This document shows positions 19,333 to 29,900 of a stretch of DNA of 64,000 bases, in pieces. This DNA is from a bacterium (GTDB lineage Bacteria; Armatimonadota; Chthonomonadetes; Chthonomonadales; JAMCWF01). Below the pieces are notes generated by a model, which saw only the letters and a program-made list of their open reading frames with translations, was not told where the DNA came from and did not search any database. Location of the stretch: the NCBI GenBank assembly GCA_021842405.1, contig JAKBZR010000001.1:18865-82864 (forward strand), written 5' to 3'. The translations under genes were made by a program, and so were the position numbers. How positions within the stretch are numbered: position 1 is the stretch's first letter; each line of letters begins with the position of its first letter.

Positions 19333-19965
19333 ATGATTGCAATTTTGGACTATGGGATCGGGAATTTAAAGAGCGTGGAGCGGGCGCTTACCGCGGTCGG
19401 CGCCGAGGCGAAGGTAACCTCGAGCCTCAAAGAGATCAGAGAGGCCGACAAGCTGGTGGTACCGGGCGTGGGGGCGTTCGGCGCTTGCGTAACGGGAATG
19501 AAGCGTCAAGAATTCGTGGAGCCGCTGATCGAGGCCATTGAAAAAGGGAAGCCGGTGCTGGGAATCTGCGTGGGGCTTCAAATGCTGTTTGATGAGAGTG
19601 AGGAGCTGGGGCCGACGCCAGGTTTAGCGATACTGCCGGGCCGGGTGGTGCGATTTTTCCCATCCGATGCGCCGTCCGAAACGGTACAGGGGTTGAAGGT
19701 GCCTCATATCGGCTGGAATACGCTGGAGGTTACACGCCCTAATAAGCTGTTTAAAGGCATACCGGATGGGGCGCGGGTCTATTTTGTGCACTCTTACTTT
19801 GCACAACCCTCAAATCCCAGTGACATCTTAGCCAACAGTCATTACGGGATCAACTTCTGTTGCGCAGTCCAACACGAGAACCTTTTCGCGACCCAGTTTC
19901 ACCCGGAGAAGAGCGGCGCGGTTGGCTTGCGAATCTTGAGTAATTTCATACGACTGGTAAATTAA
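19333..19965 (+). CDS. hisH: imidazole glycerol phosphate synthase, glutamine amidotransferase subunit
   Basis: 210 aa; MIAILDYGIGNL start, catalytic Cys in GICVGLQ, HSY and FHPEKS motifs. Confidence 0.9.
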   Translation: MIAILDYGIGNLKSVERALTAVGAEAKVTSSLKEIREADKLVVPGVGAFGACVTGMKRQEFVEPLIEAIEKGKPVLGICVGLQMLFDESEELGPTPGLAILPGRVVRFFPSDAPSETVQGLKVPHIGWNTLEVTRPNKLFKGIPDGARVYFVHSYFAQPSNPSDILANSHYGINFCCAVQHENLFATQFHPEKSGAVGLRILSNFIRLVN

Positions 19966-20030
19966 CGGCACCGGCAAAAATTAGCGAGCCGCGCCGTTTT
20001 GATTCATTGAGGGCACGGGTGGAGCGTTGA

Positions 20031-20768
20031 ATGGAAGTTATACCGGCGATTGATATAAAGGGCGGTAAGTGCGTTCGGCTGCGGCAGGGACAGTTTACGG
20101 AGGTTATGACCTACTCCGAGGATCCGGTCGAAATGGCGCTGAAATGGCAGTTGGAGGGTGCGGCCCGCCTGCATGTGGTGGATCTGGATGGCGCCCGCGT
20201 GGGATCGCCGCAAAACGTAAATACGGTGCGCCAGATCATTCGCCGAGTCCGGATACCGGTGCAGTTGGGCGGTGGGATACGAAATGCCGAAATTATCGAG
20301 CGGATGCTTCGGATCGGGGTGGATCGTGTGATTTTAGGGACGGCGGCGGCGATGGATCGCTCGATTGCAGCCAATCTGTTGACCCTATACAGCTCCCATC
20401 TATTGATCGGAATTGACGCTCGGGATGGAAAGGTGGCGGTACGCGGCTGGCAAGAGCAATTAAACCGATCCGCCGTTCAATTCGCGCGTGACATAGAGAG
20501 CTTGGGCGCGCGGGGAATCATCTTTACCGACATTGCGCGGGATGGAATGCTCCAGGGACCGAACCTCACCTCACTACAGGAGATGCTCAATGCGGTTCGA
20601 ATTCCGGTGATCGCATCCGGTGGGGTGGCATCGTTGCAAGATATTCGGAAATTAAAGGAGATGAATTCTCCCAACTTGGCAGGTGTGATTGTGGGAAAAG
20701 CGTTATACGCTGAAACGCTCCGCTTAAGCGAGGCGATTGCGGTAACCGCTGATGGAACGTCGGGATAG
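20031..20768 (+). CDS. hisA: ProFAR isomerase
   Basis: 245 aa; VIPAIDIKGGKCVRLRQG start typical of HisA; follows hisH. Confidence 0.85.
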   Translation: MEVIPAIDIKGGKCVRLRQGQFTEVMTYSEDPVEMALKWQLEGAARLHVVDLDGARVGSPQNVNTVRQIIRRVRIPVQLGGGIRNAEIIERMLRIGVDRVILGTAAAMDRSIAANLLTLYSSHLLIGIDARDGKVAVRGWQEQLNRSAVQFARDIESLGARGIIFTDIARDGMLQGPNLTSLQEMLNAVRIPVIASGGVASLQDIRKLKEMNSPNLAGVIVGKALYAETLRLSEAIAVTADGTSG

Positions 20769-20827
20769 ATATCTGAAAGCTGGATCATCGGTGAAATAGA
20801 GGGGTTGAGCGGAACGAGGAGGAAATA

Positions 20828-21124
20828 ATGGGTGATTGGGTCAGCTTAGCGGCAGTCTTGCTCATATTTGGGACTCCAATAATTGCCATCTTAAGCGCGC
20901 ACCACCGGAAGCTGGTCGAGATCAAGGCGCGGATGAAAGCGAGCGTAGACCAAGAGGTTAAGGCTGAGATTCAGGCGTTGCGGCAAGAGATCATGGACCT
21001 TCGAGACACCACCTCCCAGTATGATGTCGGGTTTGATAATGCGCTCAAGCGGTTGGAGATGAGAGTCCAGCAGTTGGAAACCCGTTCCGCCGATATGATC
21101 AACGCCTCAGTTCACCAGGGATAA
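20828..21124 (+). CDS. small membrane-anchored coiled-coil protein, unknown function
   Basis: 98 aa; one N-terminal TM helix then heptad-like charged segment; GAGGAGG SD upstream. Confidence 0.55.
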   Translation: MGDWVSLAAVLLIFGTPIIAILSAHHRKLVEIKARMKASVDQEVKAEIQALRQEIMDLRDTTSQYDVGFDNALKRLEMRVQQLETRSADMINASVHQG

Positions 21125-21143
21125 ATGGAGGGTTTTTCAGGCA

Positions 21144-21893
21144 TTACACCCCTCGTGCGAGTGCCGCCACAAAAACTTTATCGGCTCCCGCCAGCTTCAG
21201 TACCCGCGCACACTCATTTACGGTTGCCAGTGAGGTCAAAACATCATCAACCAGCAGCACCGATTTCCCGGCAACCCTATTCGGTTCGGTGACCGCAAAG
21301 GCATTGGAGACATTTATTGCGCGCTCGGTTCGCCGGAGATGAACCTGAGAGGGCGTCTTCCTCGCTCGTTTGAGTGCTCCGAGCACCTCATACCCCAGAT
21401 CAACCGATAGCACATCAGCCAGCAGCTCAGCCTGATTAAACCCGCGCCAGCGCAATCGGGATGAGTGGAGCGGCACCGGAATGATGGATTGGATTCTCTC
21501 AGAACGAAATGGCGCTGAATCGGCAATCGAGGCGGCCAGTATGCGGCCCAGCTCCTTGCCCAGTATCCGGCGCCGCCCATATTTTAAGCGGTGAATGGCA
21601 TGTCTCAAAGCACCGTTGTAGATTCCGAAAGCATAAGCTGACTCAAAGTTGAAAATATTTCCGTTGGCGCATCGCTGGCAGAGCGATTTACCGGTGAACG
21701 CTCCGCATCGCCGGCAACCCACTGCATGCGCCTCGATGATCTGATTATAGCAATCTTGGCAAATCGTGCGAAGCTGGCCGGTTTGACAGATGAGGCATGA
21801 GGGTGGGTAGAGGATATCCAGCCATTGACCGCCGATATTTTTGATGCCGTCAAGAGACGATCTGAACCACTGAAAACGACTGTAATCGCCCAT
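21144..21893 (-). CDS. comF: ComF family protein (phosphoribosyltransferase domain with N-terminal zinc ribbon)
   Basis: 249 aa; CxxC...CxxC N-terminus, PRT motif VLLVDDVLTSLATV. Confidence 0.8.
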   Translation of the reverse strand: MGDYSRFQWFRSSLDGIKNIGGQWLDILYPPSCLICQTGQLRTICQDCYNQIIEAHAVGCRRCGAFTGKSLCQRCANGNIFNFESAYAFGIYNGALRHAIHRLKYGRRRILGKELGRILAASIADSAPFRSERIQSIIPVPLHSSRLRWRGFNQAELLADVLSVDLGYEVLGALKRARKTPSQVHLRRTERAINVSNAFAVTEPNRVAGKSVLLVDDVLTSLATVNECARVLKLAGADKVFVAALARGV

Positions 21894-21960
21894 CGCTCAA
21901 TACCTGGTTGCGGGAGGAATCTAATCGGCGAACCGTTCTTAACCTGTTTTCAACAACTCG

Positions 21961-22509
21961 CTAAAGGTAGCGAAGCACCAAATTTTGGCTGACCACGTCT
22001 AGCTTGGAAAGGTCGCGAATTTCGAAACGATTGCCATCAATATCAGTCAGCATAACCCGATTGGTGGAAAGCTCCACCATGTTATCGCGCATGCCTCGAA
22101 CGATGTACTCCCGCTCACCGCGATCGGTTTCAACGACCCACGTCACGGATCCCCACTCTTCGACCGCGCTTTTCACTCGCTGGACGGTTGGAATGAAGTA
22201 GCGGCGCTCTAACTCTTCCTCGCACACGCGTCGGGATTCGGGATCCAATTCGTGCGGCTCGACGATAATGCCGACATCGTGCGATGCGCTGTCTAGGAAC
22301 GCGTAGTAGTGGTTCGGATCGGAGAGAGGGAAAGCGCGTAATATCATCACCCGGATGATGGATTTCTCCTCACCGATGGTCAATCGAGTTCGGCCGCCAG
22401 AGCGAAAAATCCGCACCTTTTGCGGGTCGAGAATTTCCAGATCAAAGCTATCGTTGATCGAGAAGGGGTTTTCGATCGAGGCGACCAGGGAAGAGATGCT
22501 GTTTTCCAT
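21961..22509 (-). CDS. DUF1854-like protein
   Basis: 182 aa; pattern RAFPLSDP ... WVVETDRGEREY ... TDIDGNRFEIRDLSKLD matches my recollection of DUF1854. Confidence 0.5.
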   Translation of the reverse strand: MENSISSLVASIENPFSINDSFDLEILDPQKVRIFRSGGRTRLTIGEEKSIIRVMILRAFPLSDPNHYYAFLDSASHDVGIIVEPHELDPESRRVCEEELERRYFIPTVQRVKSAVEEWGSVTWVVETDRGEREYIVRGMRDNMVELSTNRVMLTDIDGNRFEIRDLSKLDVVSQNLVLRYL

Positions 22510-22643
22510 CGTTGTTTGTCTCCTCTCAAACGCTCAACAAGACTACTATTCCCCTGTAGATATATCGGTAGCTACCCGATAATTATACCAGTTGTAGTGA
22601 TTACATTACTTCAAATCCATTTGTCCTTAATTATGGGATAGAT

Positions 22644-24446
22644 ATGAATTCACCGGTTTTGAACTCCAAGACGGCTTCCATCGCAACTGACAGCCAGAAA
22701 CGTTGGGCTAGTATCTACAATTCGATTCCGTTGGCTCAAATTCCCGATCATTATCGGATATTTACAGCGATGCCGTTCTTGTCCAATTATTTAGAACGGG
22801 TTAAACAATATTGTCCAACTGGTGGGCGGGTGCTTGAAACTGGGATCGGATTTGGTTATGGGGCGATTTGGGCGGCGAAGCGAGGCTTCCAGGCTGAAGG
22901 GATAGATTACAGCGAGGATATTGTGGATCGTGCCAATCTCATTGCTCTTCTTCTAGGCGCTCGGGTGGTCTTTCGGTACGGCGACATGTTTGAGTTGACG
23001 AGGTATATCGAAGGACCTTTTGATGTAGTTTTTCATCAGGGGGTACTCGAGCACTACGATGATAGTTCGATACGAACTCTCCTAGAACAACAGCTTCGAG
23101 TATCCAGCACCGTCATTTTTAGCGTTCCATCGAAGGATTATCCATTTGAGCGAGAATTCGGCGACGAGAGATTGATGGGAGTGGAAGAATGGCGAGATAT
23201 CCTCGCCCCGTTTAATGCTGTAGAAATTTGCGCATACGGAGATCCCGCATTAGGCGCCAAAGAGCATATTCTCGCTGTGCTTCGCGGTCAAATTTCAACC
23301 TCGGCCCGTCAGTCGGTTAGACCGATGTTTCTCTGGAAGGCACCCCTTTTAGATACTAGTGGCTATGCGGAAGAAGCTCGCCGGTTTGTTTGCGGTTTGA
23401 CGCGGATTGGAGTTCCAGTAGCCGCGCGGCCAATCAATTGGAGCAACCGGCATGCTGATCTCGAAGATCATGAGAGACGCCTTCTTATTCGAGCAATTAG
23501 TCGGCCTGAGGCAGCCGGCGGGGTGCATGTTTCTCATATTTTCCCTCCAATGTTCACTCGTGAGAGTAACGCCGCCCTTAATATCGGGCGAACAATGTTT
23601 GAAACCGACCGTATACCGGCCGATTGGGTTGCACCTTGCAACCAGATGGATCAAATATGGGTGCCGAGCAAGTTCAACCTAGCTACCTTTGCCAATTCTG
23701 GAGTGGAAACCGATAAATTAAAAGTGATTCCCGGTGCGATTAATTCGACCAATTATGATCTCAAGCTGGAACCATTACCTGTTAATGGACGGCGCGGCTA
23801 TAACTTCCTTTCCGTTTTTGACTGGAGCCTCCGTAAAGGTTGGGATATTTTACTGAGGGCTTACCTCGAGGAGTTTCAGCCGGAGGAAGATGTGGCATTG
23901 ATCATCAAGACCTATTCCTCACTGGGATGGTCTATCCAACAGATTGTGGGGGCCGCTTCCCAGGCCATTCTTGGACTCGGCTTTAACTTGAACCATATCC
24001 CTGACATCGTTTTTCATGATGTGCAACTTAACTGGATGGAGATGCTACGACTGTACCGCGCCGCCGACTGCTATGTGATGCCCTCTCGGGGTGAAGGATG
24101 GGGACGGCCTTATATGGAAGCGATGGCAATGGGTTTGCCGGTTATCGGAACCGGATGGAGCGGTAACACCGAATTTATGCATTCGAAAAATTCATATTTG
24201 ATCGAATTTGATATTTTGCCGGTTTCAGATGCGGCCTGTGCTGAGGCACCTAATTTCCGAGGCCATCAGTGGGCGGAGCCTCGAATTAGCCACTTAAAAA
24301 ACATGATGCGGTTCTGTTTCAACAATCGCGTCGAAGCAAGGGAAGTGGGTGCACTTGCACGAGAAGAAACAATCGGTAACTATTCAGAGGTGACGGTCGC
24401 TAAAAATATATTGGCTCAACTTTCTGCTGATGTAAACCTATCTTAA
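22644..24446 (+). CDS. fusion protein: class I SAM-dependent methyltransferase + GT4-type glycosyltransferase
   Basis: 600 aa; SAM motif VLETGIGFGYG near residue 65; GT4 motif SRGEGWGRPYMEAMAMGLPVIGT near residue 480. Confidence 0.75.
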   Translation: MNSPVLNSKTASIATDSQKRWASIYNSIPLAQIPDHYRIFTAMPFLSNYLERVKQYCPTGGRVLETGIGFGYGAIWAAKRGFQAEGIDYSEDIVDRANLIALLLGARVVFRYGDMFELTRYIEGPFDVVFHQGVLEHYDDSSIRTLLEQQLRVSSTVIFSVPSKDYPFEREFGDERLMGVEEWRDILAPFNAVEICAYGDPALGAKEHILAVLRGQISTSARQSVRPMFLWKAPLLDTSGYAEEARRFVCGLTRIGVPVAARPINWSNRHADLEDHERRLLIRAISRPEAAGGVHVSHIFPPMFTRESNAALNIGRTMFETDRIPADWVAPCNQMDQIWVPSKFNLATFANSGVETDKLKVIPGAINSTNYDLKLEPLPVNGRRGYNFLSVFDWSLRKGWDILLRAYLEEFQPEEDVALIIKTYSSLGWSIQQIVGAASQAILGLGFNLNHIPDIVFHDVQLNWMEMLRLYRAADCYVMPSRGEGWGRPYMEAMAMGLPVIGTGWSGNTEFMHSKNSYLIEFDILPVSDAACAEAPNFRGHQWAEPRISHLKNMMRFCFNNRVEAREVGALAREETIGNYSEVTVAKNILAQLSADVNLS

Positions 24447-24447
24447 T

Positions 24448-26697
24448 ATGATTGGCGAGGATAATTGGGTGCGCGTACTATTGAACCAATGTTACTTTCT
24501 GCCAGAACTACAAGCTGGAAGATACTTAGAAGGTTGCCCCCACGAAATAATTGCTATTGGGAGTAATTATCACCATTCATCACGATTAAATTCTAATCTA
24601 AATTTTAAATGTCTTAAGGATGATCTACCCTCAGATTGGTGGCCTGATATCTATATCCATTGGAGTCCGGAATATAACCCTGTCCCAGTCGGTATTGAAG
24701 AATTGCAATGTTTTAAAGTAGTGGTTGTAGGTGATTGGTATTTGGCCGGTCAGATTTTGAGCCATATAGAATCAGAATTTGATCTTTGTTTTGCCAGCGA
24801 AGCTGGGTGCATCAACCTGCGTAAATTGGGGATTGAGCCGGTGGAGCACGCCTTACTTTGGGCCTACAACCCATCTTTACACCAACGCATACCCGAAATG
24901 GTTCGTGATCTGGATATCTCCTTCGCCGGCAATTTTAATCACGATGTTCAGATAACTAGAGAACGATGGTTGGCGCGCATTGCCCGTCTATCATCACGTT
25001 ATCGGGTGCGTGTTGACACCGGTGTTTACGGGGAAGGTTATAACCGGTTACTGAATCGATCAAAAATCGCATTTAACCGAAGCATCACAGGTGAGTTGAA
25101 TATGCGATCCTACGAAGCGGCAGCCTGCGGCGCCCTGCTGTTCATTGAGGAGTCCAATGCCGAAGTCACTCAGGTACTCAGTCCGGGCGACGAGTGCATT
25201 CTTTATAATGAAAACAACTTTGAAGATTTGGTTGATTACTATCTTTCACACGAGGAGGAGCGGCAAAGAATTGCGGATGCCGGCTACCGGAAGATTCAAG
25301 GTCATACCTATGCACAACATCTTGCGGATATCGTGTCCATCGCCGAAAAATACATGCAGATGGATCGAAAGCCTAGGAAGTTTGTAGATATTCCAGTTGG
25401 TGTGCGGCATACCAATTTAGCCATGCAGTGGGCGCTTGGCCAAAATACCACCACCGCCGACCGTGCCAGTCAACTCCTAGAAAAAGCGGCTCGATTACGC
25501 CCCCATGATTTTCGGGTTTGGCTGGCGCTGGCCCATCAGCGAGTTTCAAAATGGCAAGACAATCCAAAAAGCGCCTCCGCATCCGTATGGCTGACTGAGG
25601 CTAGAAATTCCGCGCTGAAGGCGTTGAGGCTGTATCCTGAGTCGGTCAATGGGCGATGCGCTCTGGCCTATCTTGCCTCCTTGAGCGAAGATTTGATTGC
25701 CGCTGAATCCGAGCTGATCGCCGCGCTTTATTTAATGGATAACCCGGATTTTCACCTCGATCAATTGAGCGGTCCGCTGATTGATCGAAAATTCGACGAG
25801 TTCAATACCAAATGGGAAATGCTAAACGCATCTTTACCCAAAAGCGATCCTGATTTCTTGCCGAAAGCAAAATCCCTTTTCAGGTGGCGAATATTAACGG
25901 ATCTCTATGATGTTGCATGGAAACAAAAGCGCTTTTCAAAGGCGCTCTCCTTCGCACGGGAGGCGGTAGGGTTGGAACCAACCTCCGGTAAGTCGCATTA
26001 TATGTTGGCGCGAGCACAGCGGGCGCTCGGTTTGAGCGACAAAGCAGTTTCAAGCTACCGAAAAGCACTGGAGTTTATCCCACTTCACCCCGAGGTCTGG
26101 ATTGAAACCATCAACCTGCTGTTCACGCTGGGTCGGCATGCGGAGTGTTTGGCTGCCTGGGACGAATTGGTCAAAATCATCAATGGATGCCCGCCGTTAG
26201 AGCCCCTCAAAGACCTGCTGGCCGATACAATCCACCGCAGCCGAGAATTGGTCAGTTCCGGCGGGCAAGATCAAAATCAGAAGGCGATCGCTCCCGATCG
26301 GCATCGATTCATCGTTATATCGGACCTCAGTGCTCCGGAAAGCTGGCAGCCGGTGATCACTGCTTTTGCGCGACGATTTGGGCCGTCGGACCGCATTGAT
26401 CTGCTCCTCCGTTTTGAGAACTCGGGCAGAACGCCAACCCATGTTTTGCTAGAAAAAATAGACCGCTATATCAGTGATGAGCTCCATCTAAGCACGGACA
26501 ATATTGCGAACATCATTATTATCGCGGAAGAGATGAGCCCGGATGATTATTGGAAGGTCATTCGGGTAGCCGATACGTTCATCGGCGATCACTCTACGTT
26601 CGGCAGTGACATTGCGCATGCGATGGAGATTCCAATTATACCCGCCGAGGATTTACTCATCTATCAAATTCCTCAGCGATTGAAGGATGCGGCTTAA
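24448..26697 (+). CDS. CgeB-like glycosyltransferase domain + TPR repeats + C-terminal domain of unknown function
   Basis: 749 aa; starts 2 nt after the previous stop; SKIAFNRS...YEAAACGALLFIEE...YYLSHEEERQRIADAGY resembles the CgeB/DUF3880 family; TPR-like helices mid-protein. Confidence 0.6.
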   Translation: MIGEDNWVRVLLNQCYFLPELQAGRYLEGCPHEIIAIGSNYHHSSRLNSNLNFKCLKDDLPSDWWPDIYIHWSPEYNPVPVGIEELQCFKVVVVGDWYLAGQILSHIESEFDLCFASEAGCINLRKLGIEPVEHALLWAYNPSLHQRIPEMVRDLDISFAGNFNHDVQITRERWLARIARLSSRYRVRVDTGVYGEGYNRLLNRSKIAFNRSITGELNMRSYEAAACGALLFIEESNAEVTQVLSPGDECILYNENNFEDLVDYYLSHEEERQRIADAGYRKIQGHTYAQHLADIVSIAEKYMQMDRKPRKFVDIPVGVRHTNLAMQWALGQNTTTADRASQLLEKAARLRPHDFRVWLALAHQRVSKWQDNPKSASASVWLTEARNSALKALRLYPESVNGRCALAYLASLSEDLIAAESELIAALYLMDNPDFHLDQLSGPLIDRKFDEFNTKWEMLNASLPKSDPDFLPKAKSLFRWRILTDLYDVAWKQKRFSKALSFAREAVGLEPTSGKSHYMLARAQRALGLSDKAVSSYRKALEFIPLHPEVWIETINLLFTLGRHAECLAAWDELVKIINGCPPLEPLKDLLADTIHRSRELVSSGGQDQNQKAIAPDRHRFIVISDLSAPESWQPVITAFARRFGPSDRIDLLLRFENSGRTPTHVLLEKIDRYISDELHLSTDNIANIIIIAEEMSPDDYWKVIRVADTFIGDHSTFGSDIAHAMEIPIIPAEDLLIYQIPQRLKDAA

Positions 26698-26889
26698 GAA
26701 GTTGTTGAGAAATGCTGTAACTCCACCGGGTCGTCATTCCGGGACCGCGAAGCGGAACCCGGAATCCAGAATATCAGCTTTCAGGTGCACCAGTAGGCAA
26801 AGGACTGGATTCTCGCCATCCACTCCACTGGAGTGGAGCCATGCGGGAATGACGAAATGGCGATCATCAGCGAATTTTTCAACAACCAC
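26693..26889. mobile_element. type-2 MITE-like element between two glycosyltransferase genes
   Basis: termini cttaagaagttgttgagaaat / atttttcaacaaccac; 59 bp (26802-26860) match 35584-35642 with 2 mismatches. Confidence 0.65.
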
Positions 26890-26918
26890 TCAAACGATGA
26901 TTAGGCGGTGGATAAAGA

Positions 26919-29900
26919 TTGTGTGAACCGGTGATACCCAGTAAGCAGGTTTTAAAGATTAACTGGGAGGGCGCATTTCTGGCGCGGCACAGCCTGGCGC
27001 TTGTCAATCGAGAGCTGGTGCTGGCCTTGCTGGAGAACGATGACCTCGATATCCGCATCAATGATGTGGAACCGGCCGCCCTCTCTCCCTATTCATCGCC
27101 GGAATTGAGGCGGCTGGCATCCCGATTCGGCATTTCGCACCTCGTGCCGGACATAACCGTTCGTCACCACTGGCCGCCGAACCTCACGTTGCCGAACTCG
27201 GGTAAGCTCATCCTTATTCAGCCCTGGGAGTACGGCGCCTATCCGAAGGATTGGGTCAGTGCAGTCGGAAGCACGGTGGATCAGCTTTGGGTACCCTCGA
27301 ATTACACGCGGGAAAGCGCGATCGCAAGCGGAATTGCGCCTGAGAGAGTGGTTGTCGTACCGAATGGTGTAAGGACGGATATCTTTCACCCCGACGTAAC
27401 GCCGATTTCACTGCCCACTTCAAAGCATTACAAGTTCCTATTCATTGGGGGAACGATTGCACGCAAAGGCATTGACCTTTTGTTGCAGGCCTATCAGCAA
27501 GCTTTTTCTGCCCAAGACGACGTTACCTTAGTGATCAAGGATTTCGGCGCCCAAACGTTTTATCGGGGGCAAACGTCGTCATCTCAAATCCAGGAAGCCA
27601 TGTCACGTCAGAACGGCCCGGAAATCGTCTATTTGACCGACGATTTACCGGAGGATTCGATGCCGAAGCTTTATGCGTCGTGCGATTGTCTGGTTCACCC
27701 ATATCGAGGGGAAGGCTTTGGGCTGCCGATCGCGGAGGCCATGGCCAGCGGATTGCCGGTTATTGTGCCGGATAAGGGTGCATCCCGCGATTTCACGGAT
27801 GAACATACCGCAATTTTGGTACCGTCTCAAAAGGTTGATTTTGACGAGAACCGGGTCGGCCAAATAATAACCAGTGGAAATCCATACTGGTACGAAGTGA
27901 ATGTCGGTGAGCTTGCCGATAGAATGCGTTCCATCTATGAGAATCCAGCGGCCTATCAAGAGACAGCGATTCATGGTTGCCGGAATACCCAAGCCAATTT
28001 TACCTGGCGTCAGGCAGCCGATAAAGCGGCGGCATCTTTGCTGACCCTCTTTGAAGCGGCGGCGGCCAAATCGGAAAGATTACGGACATGGGAAGTCAGA
28101 AAACAAGAGGCCATCCGACTGACCCGGTCGGGCGAGTGGGAATCGGCGATTACCTTGGTTCAATCCCTGCTGGATGAGCGGCCAAGAGATGACGATCTGT
28201 TAAACGCATACGGTGTGGCGCTATACCGGACGGGTGAGAGGGAGCAGGCGCTGAAGCTGTTCAAACGGAACGCGGAGATATCGGCATTTCCGCGCGATTT
28301 CCTGCACAACCTGGCCTTTTTACAGTGCGAGATGGGTGATTGGAACAATGCGTTGCAAAACGCCATCAAAGCATATCAGATTTCACCGGAAAATGAAGAT
28401 GTAGGAAATACCTTGCGGCGCGCAATGCGGGGTGCAATCGCCGATACCCGAAACGCACGACGCACTCATAAAAGGATTGAATATAAAACGAATAGTGTAA
28501 AAAGTGATACCGTTCGGACTGATCTCATCCGGAGGGCGCGGCAACTGTTGCAAAACGGTCGCGCCTCCATAAATGAGAACGGAGAAGGCATAAAGGATCT
28601 CCATCACGCTAAGCCTCGCATCTCGCTGTGCATGATAGTAAAAAATGAGGAGCAGTTTTTGGCGGGCTGCCTGGATAGCGTGGCCGGAGCGGTGGATGAG
28701 GTCATCATTGTGGATACGGGGTCCACCGATGACACTATCGCCATCGCGGAACGATACGGAGCGAAGATACACCATTTCAAGTGGATTGATGATTTTGCGG
28801 CCGCGCGCAATGTCTCACTGCAACATGCGACTGGCGATTGGATTTTATGGCTGGACGCGGATGAGCGTTTGATGAGTGATTCGGCGCATACGGTCAGGGA
28901 GCTCGTCTCAAGCGTCTCGGAGAAGCAGGGGGGATACGTTTGCCGAATTCGTAATCGGATCAACTCTTCCAATGTTGAACGCTCCGGCGACTATGTTTGG
29001 CACAGTGCGTGCCGTCTATTTCGGTGCCATCCGGCGATTCGCTTTGAGCAGCGGATCCATGAGCAAAATATGCGCACTATCGTGGCGGCCGGATTTAGCT
29101 GGGCGGAATGTGGCATTGAAATTGATCATCTCGGTTATACGACCGAGGTGATGACGGATCGCAACAAGCGGGAACGTTTTATTAATATGTTAACCCGTGA
29201 AATAGAGGAGGGGGTTGATCCGGAATTTCGGGGATTTCAGCTTTTCAACCTGGGCAACACCTATTTCGTGGTTGGTGAATATGAAAAGGCGATACCCTAT
29301 TTTGAACAATCGGCTGATCATATATCCCTGAATAATGAATACGCTGCGCTGCTCTTCTCGGAGTGGGCGAGCGCACTCTATTTCGTAAACCAAATTGAGG
29401 AAGCTCTCAAAGTTTGTGACCGGGCGGACGCAGTGGGTATCCGACATCCAGAGATACGGTTCCAACGGGGTCATATCTATTTGGCAAAAGGGGATACGCT
29501 GCAAGCCGAATTTGCCTTTCGAACCGCCATTGAAATGGGGATGGAACCCAATGCCCATTTCGCCGGTGATGAAGGTTCCTGGCGCCATAAAGCCCATTAT
29601 GGCTTAGCGATGGTTGCACTATGTCGCTGCGACTATCAATCCGTCGTTGATTACTCGAGCGAGGCGCTGGCATTGAAAAGTGATTTCAATGACGCATTGA
29701 TGTCTCGATCGCAAGCATTGAATTGCTTGGGGCGGAAAGAAGAGGCCATTGATGATCTGAGCCGTGTCCTCGTATCAAATCCGAGCTATCTAACCGCCCA
29801 TCGTGATCTGGGGTTCATCTTGATGGATATCGGCCGGAGCAGCGAGGCGTTACCGCACCTGCACGAGGTCTTGAAATGGGGTGAGCCTGATATCGAAGTG

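Noticed and set aside
22557-22582. Sigma28-like motif TAGA-14 nt-CCCGATAA upstream of the first glycosyltransferase gene
   Set aside because: The -35 is imperfect and the spacing is short, so it is too weak to call. It would be interesting only if transcript mapping supports it.
26687-26926. 79-aa ORF between the two glycosyltransferase genes
   Set aside because: It is fully encoded by the type-2 repeat element, and the same sequence recurs non-coding at 35584-35642.
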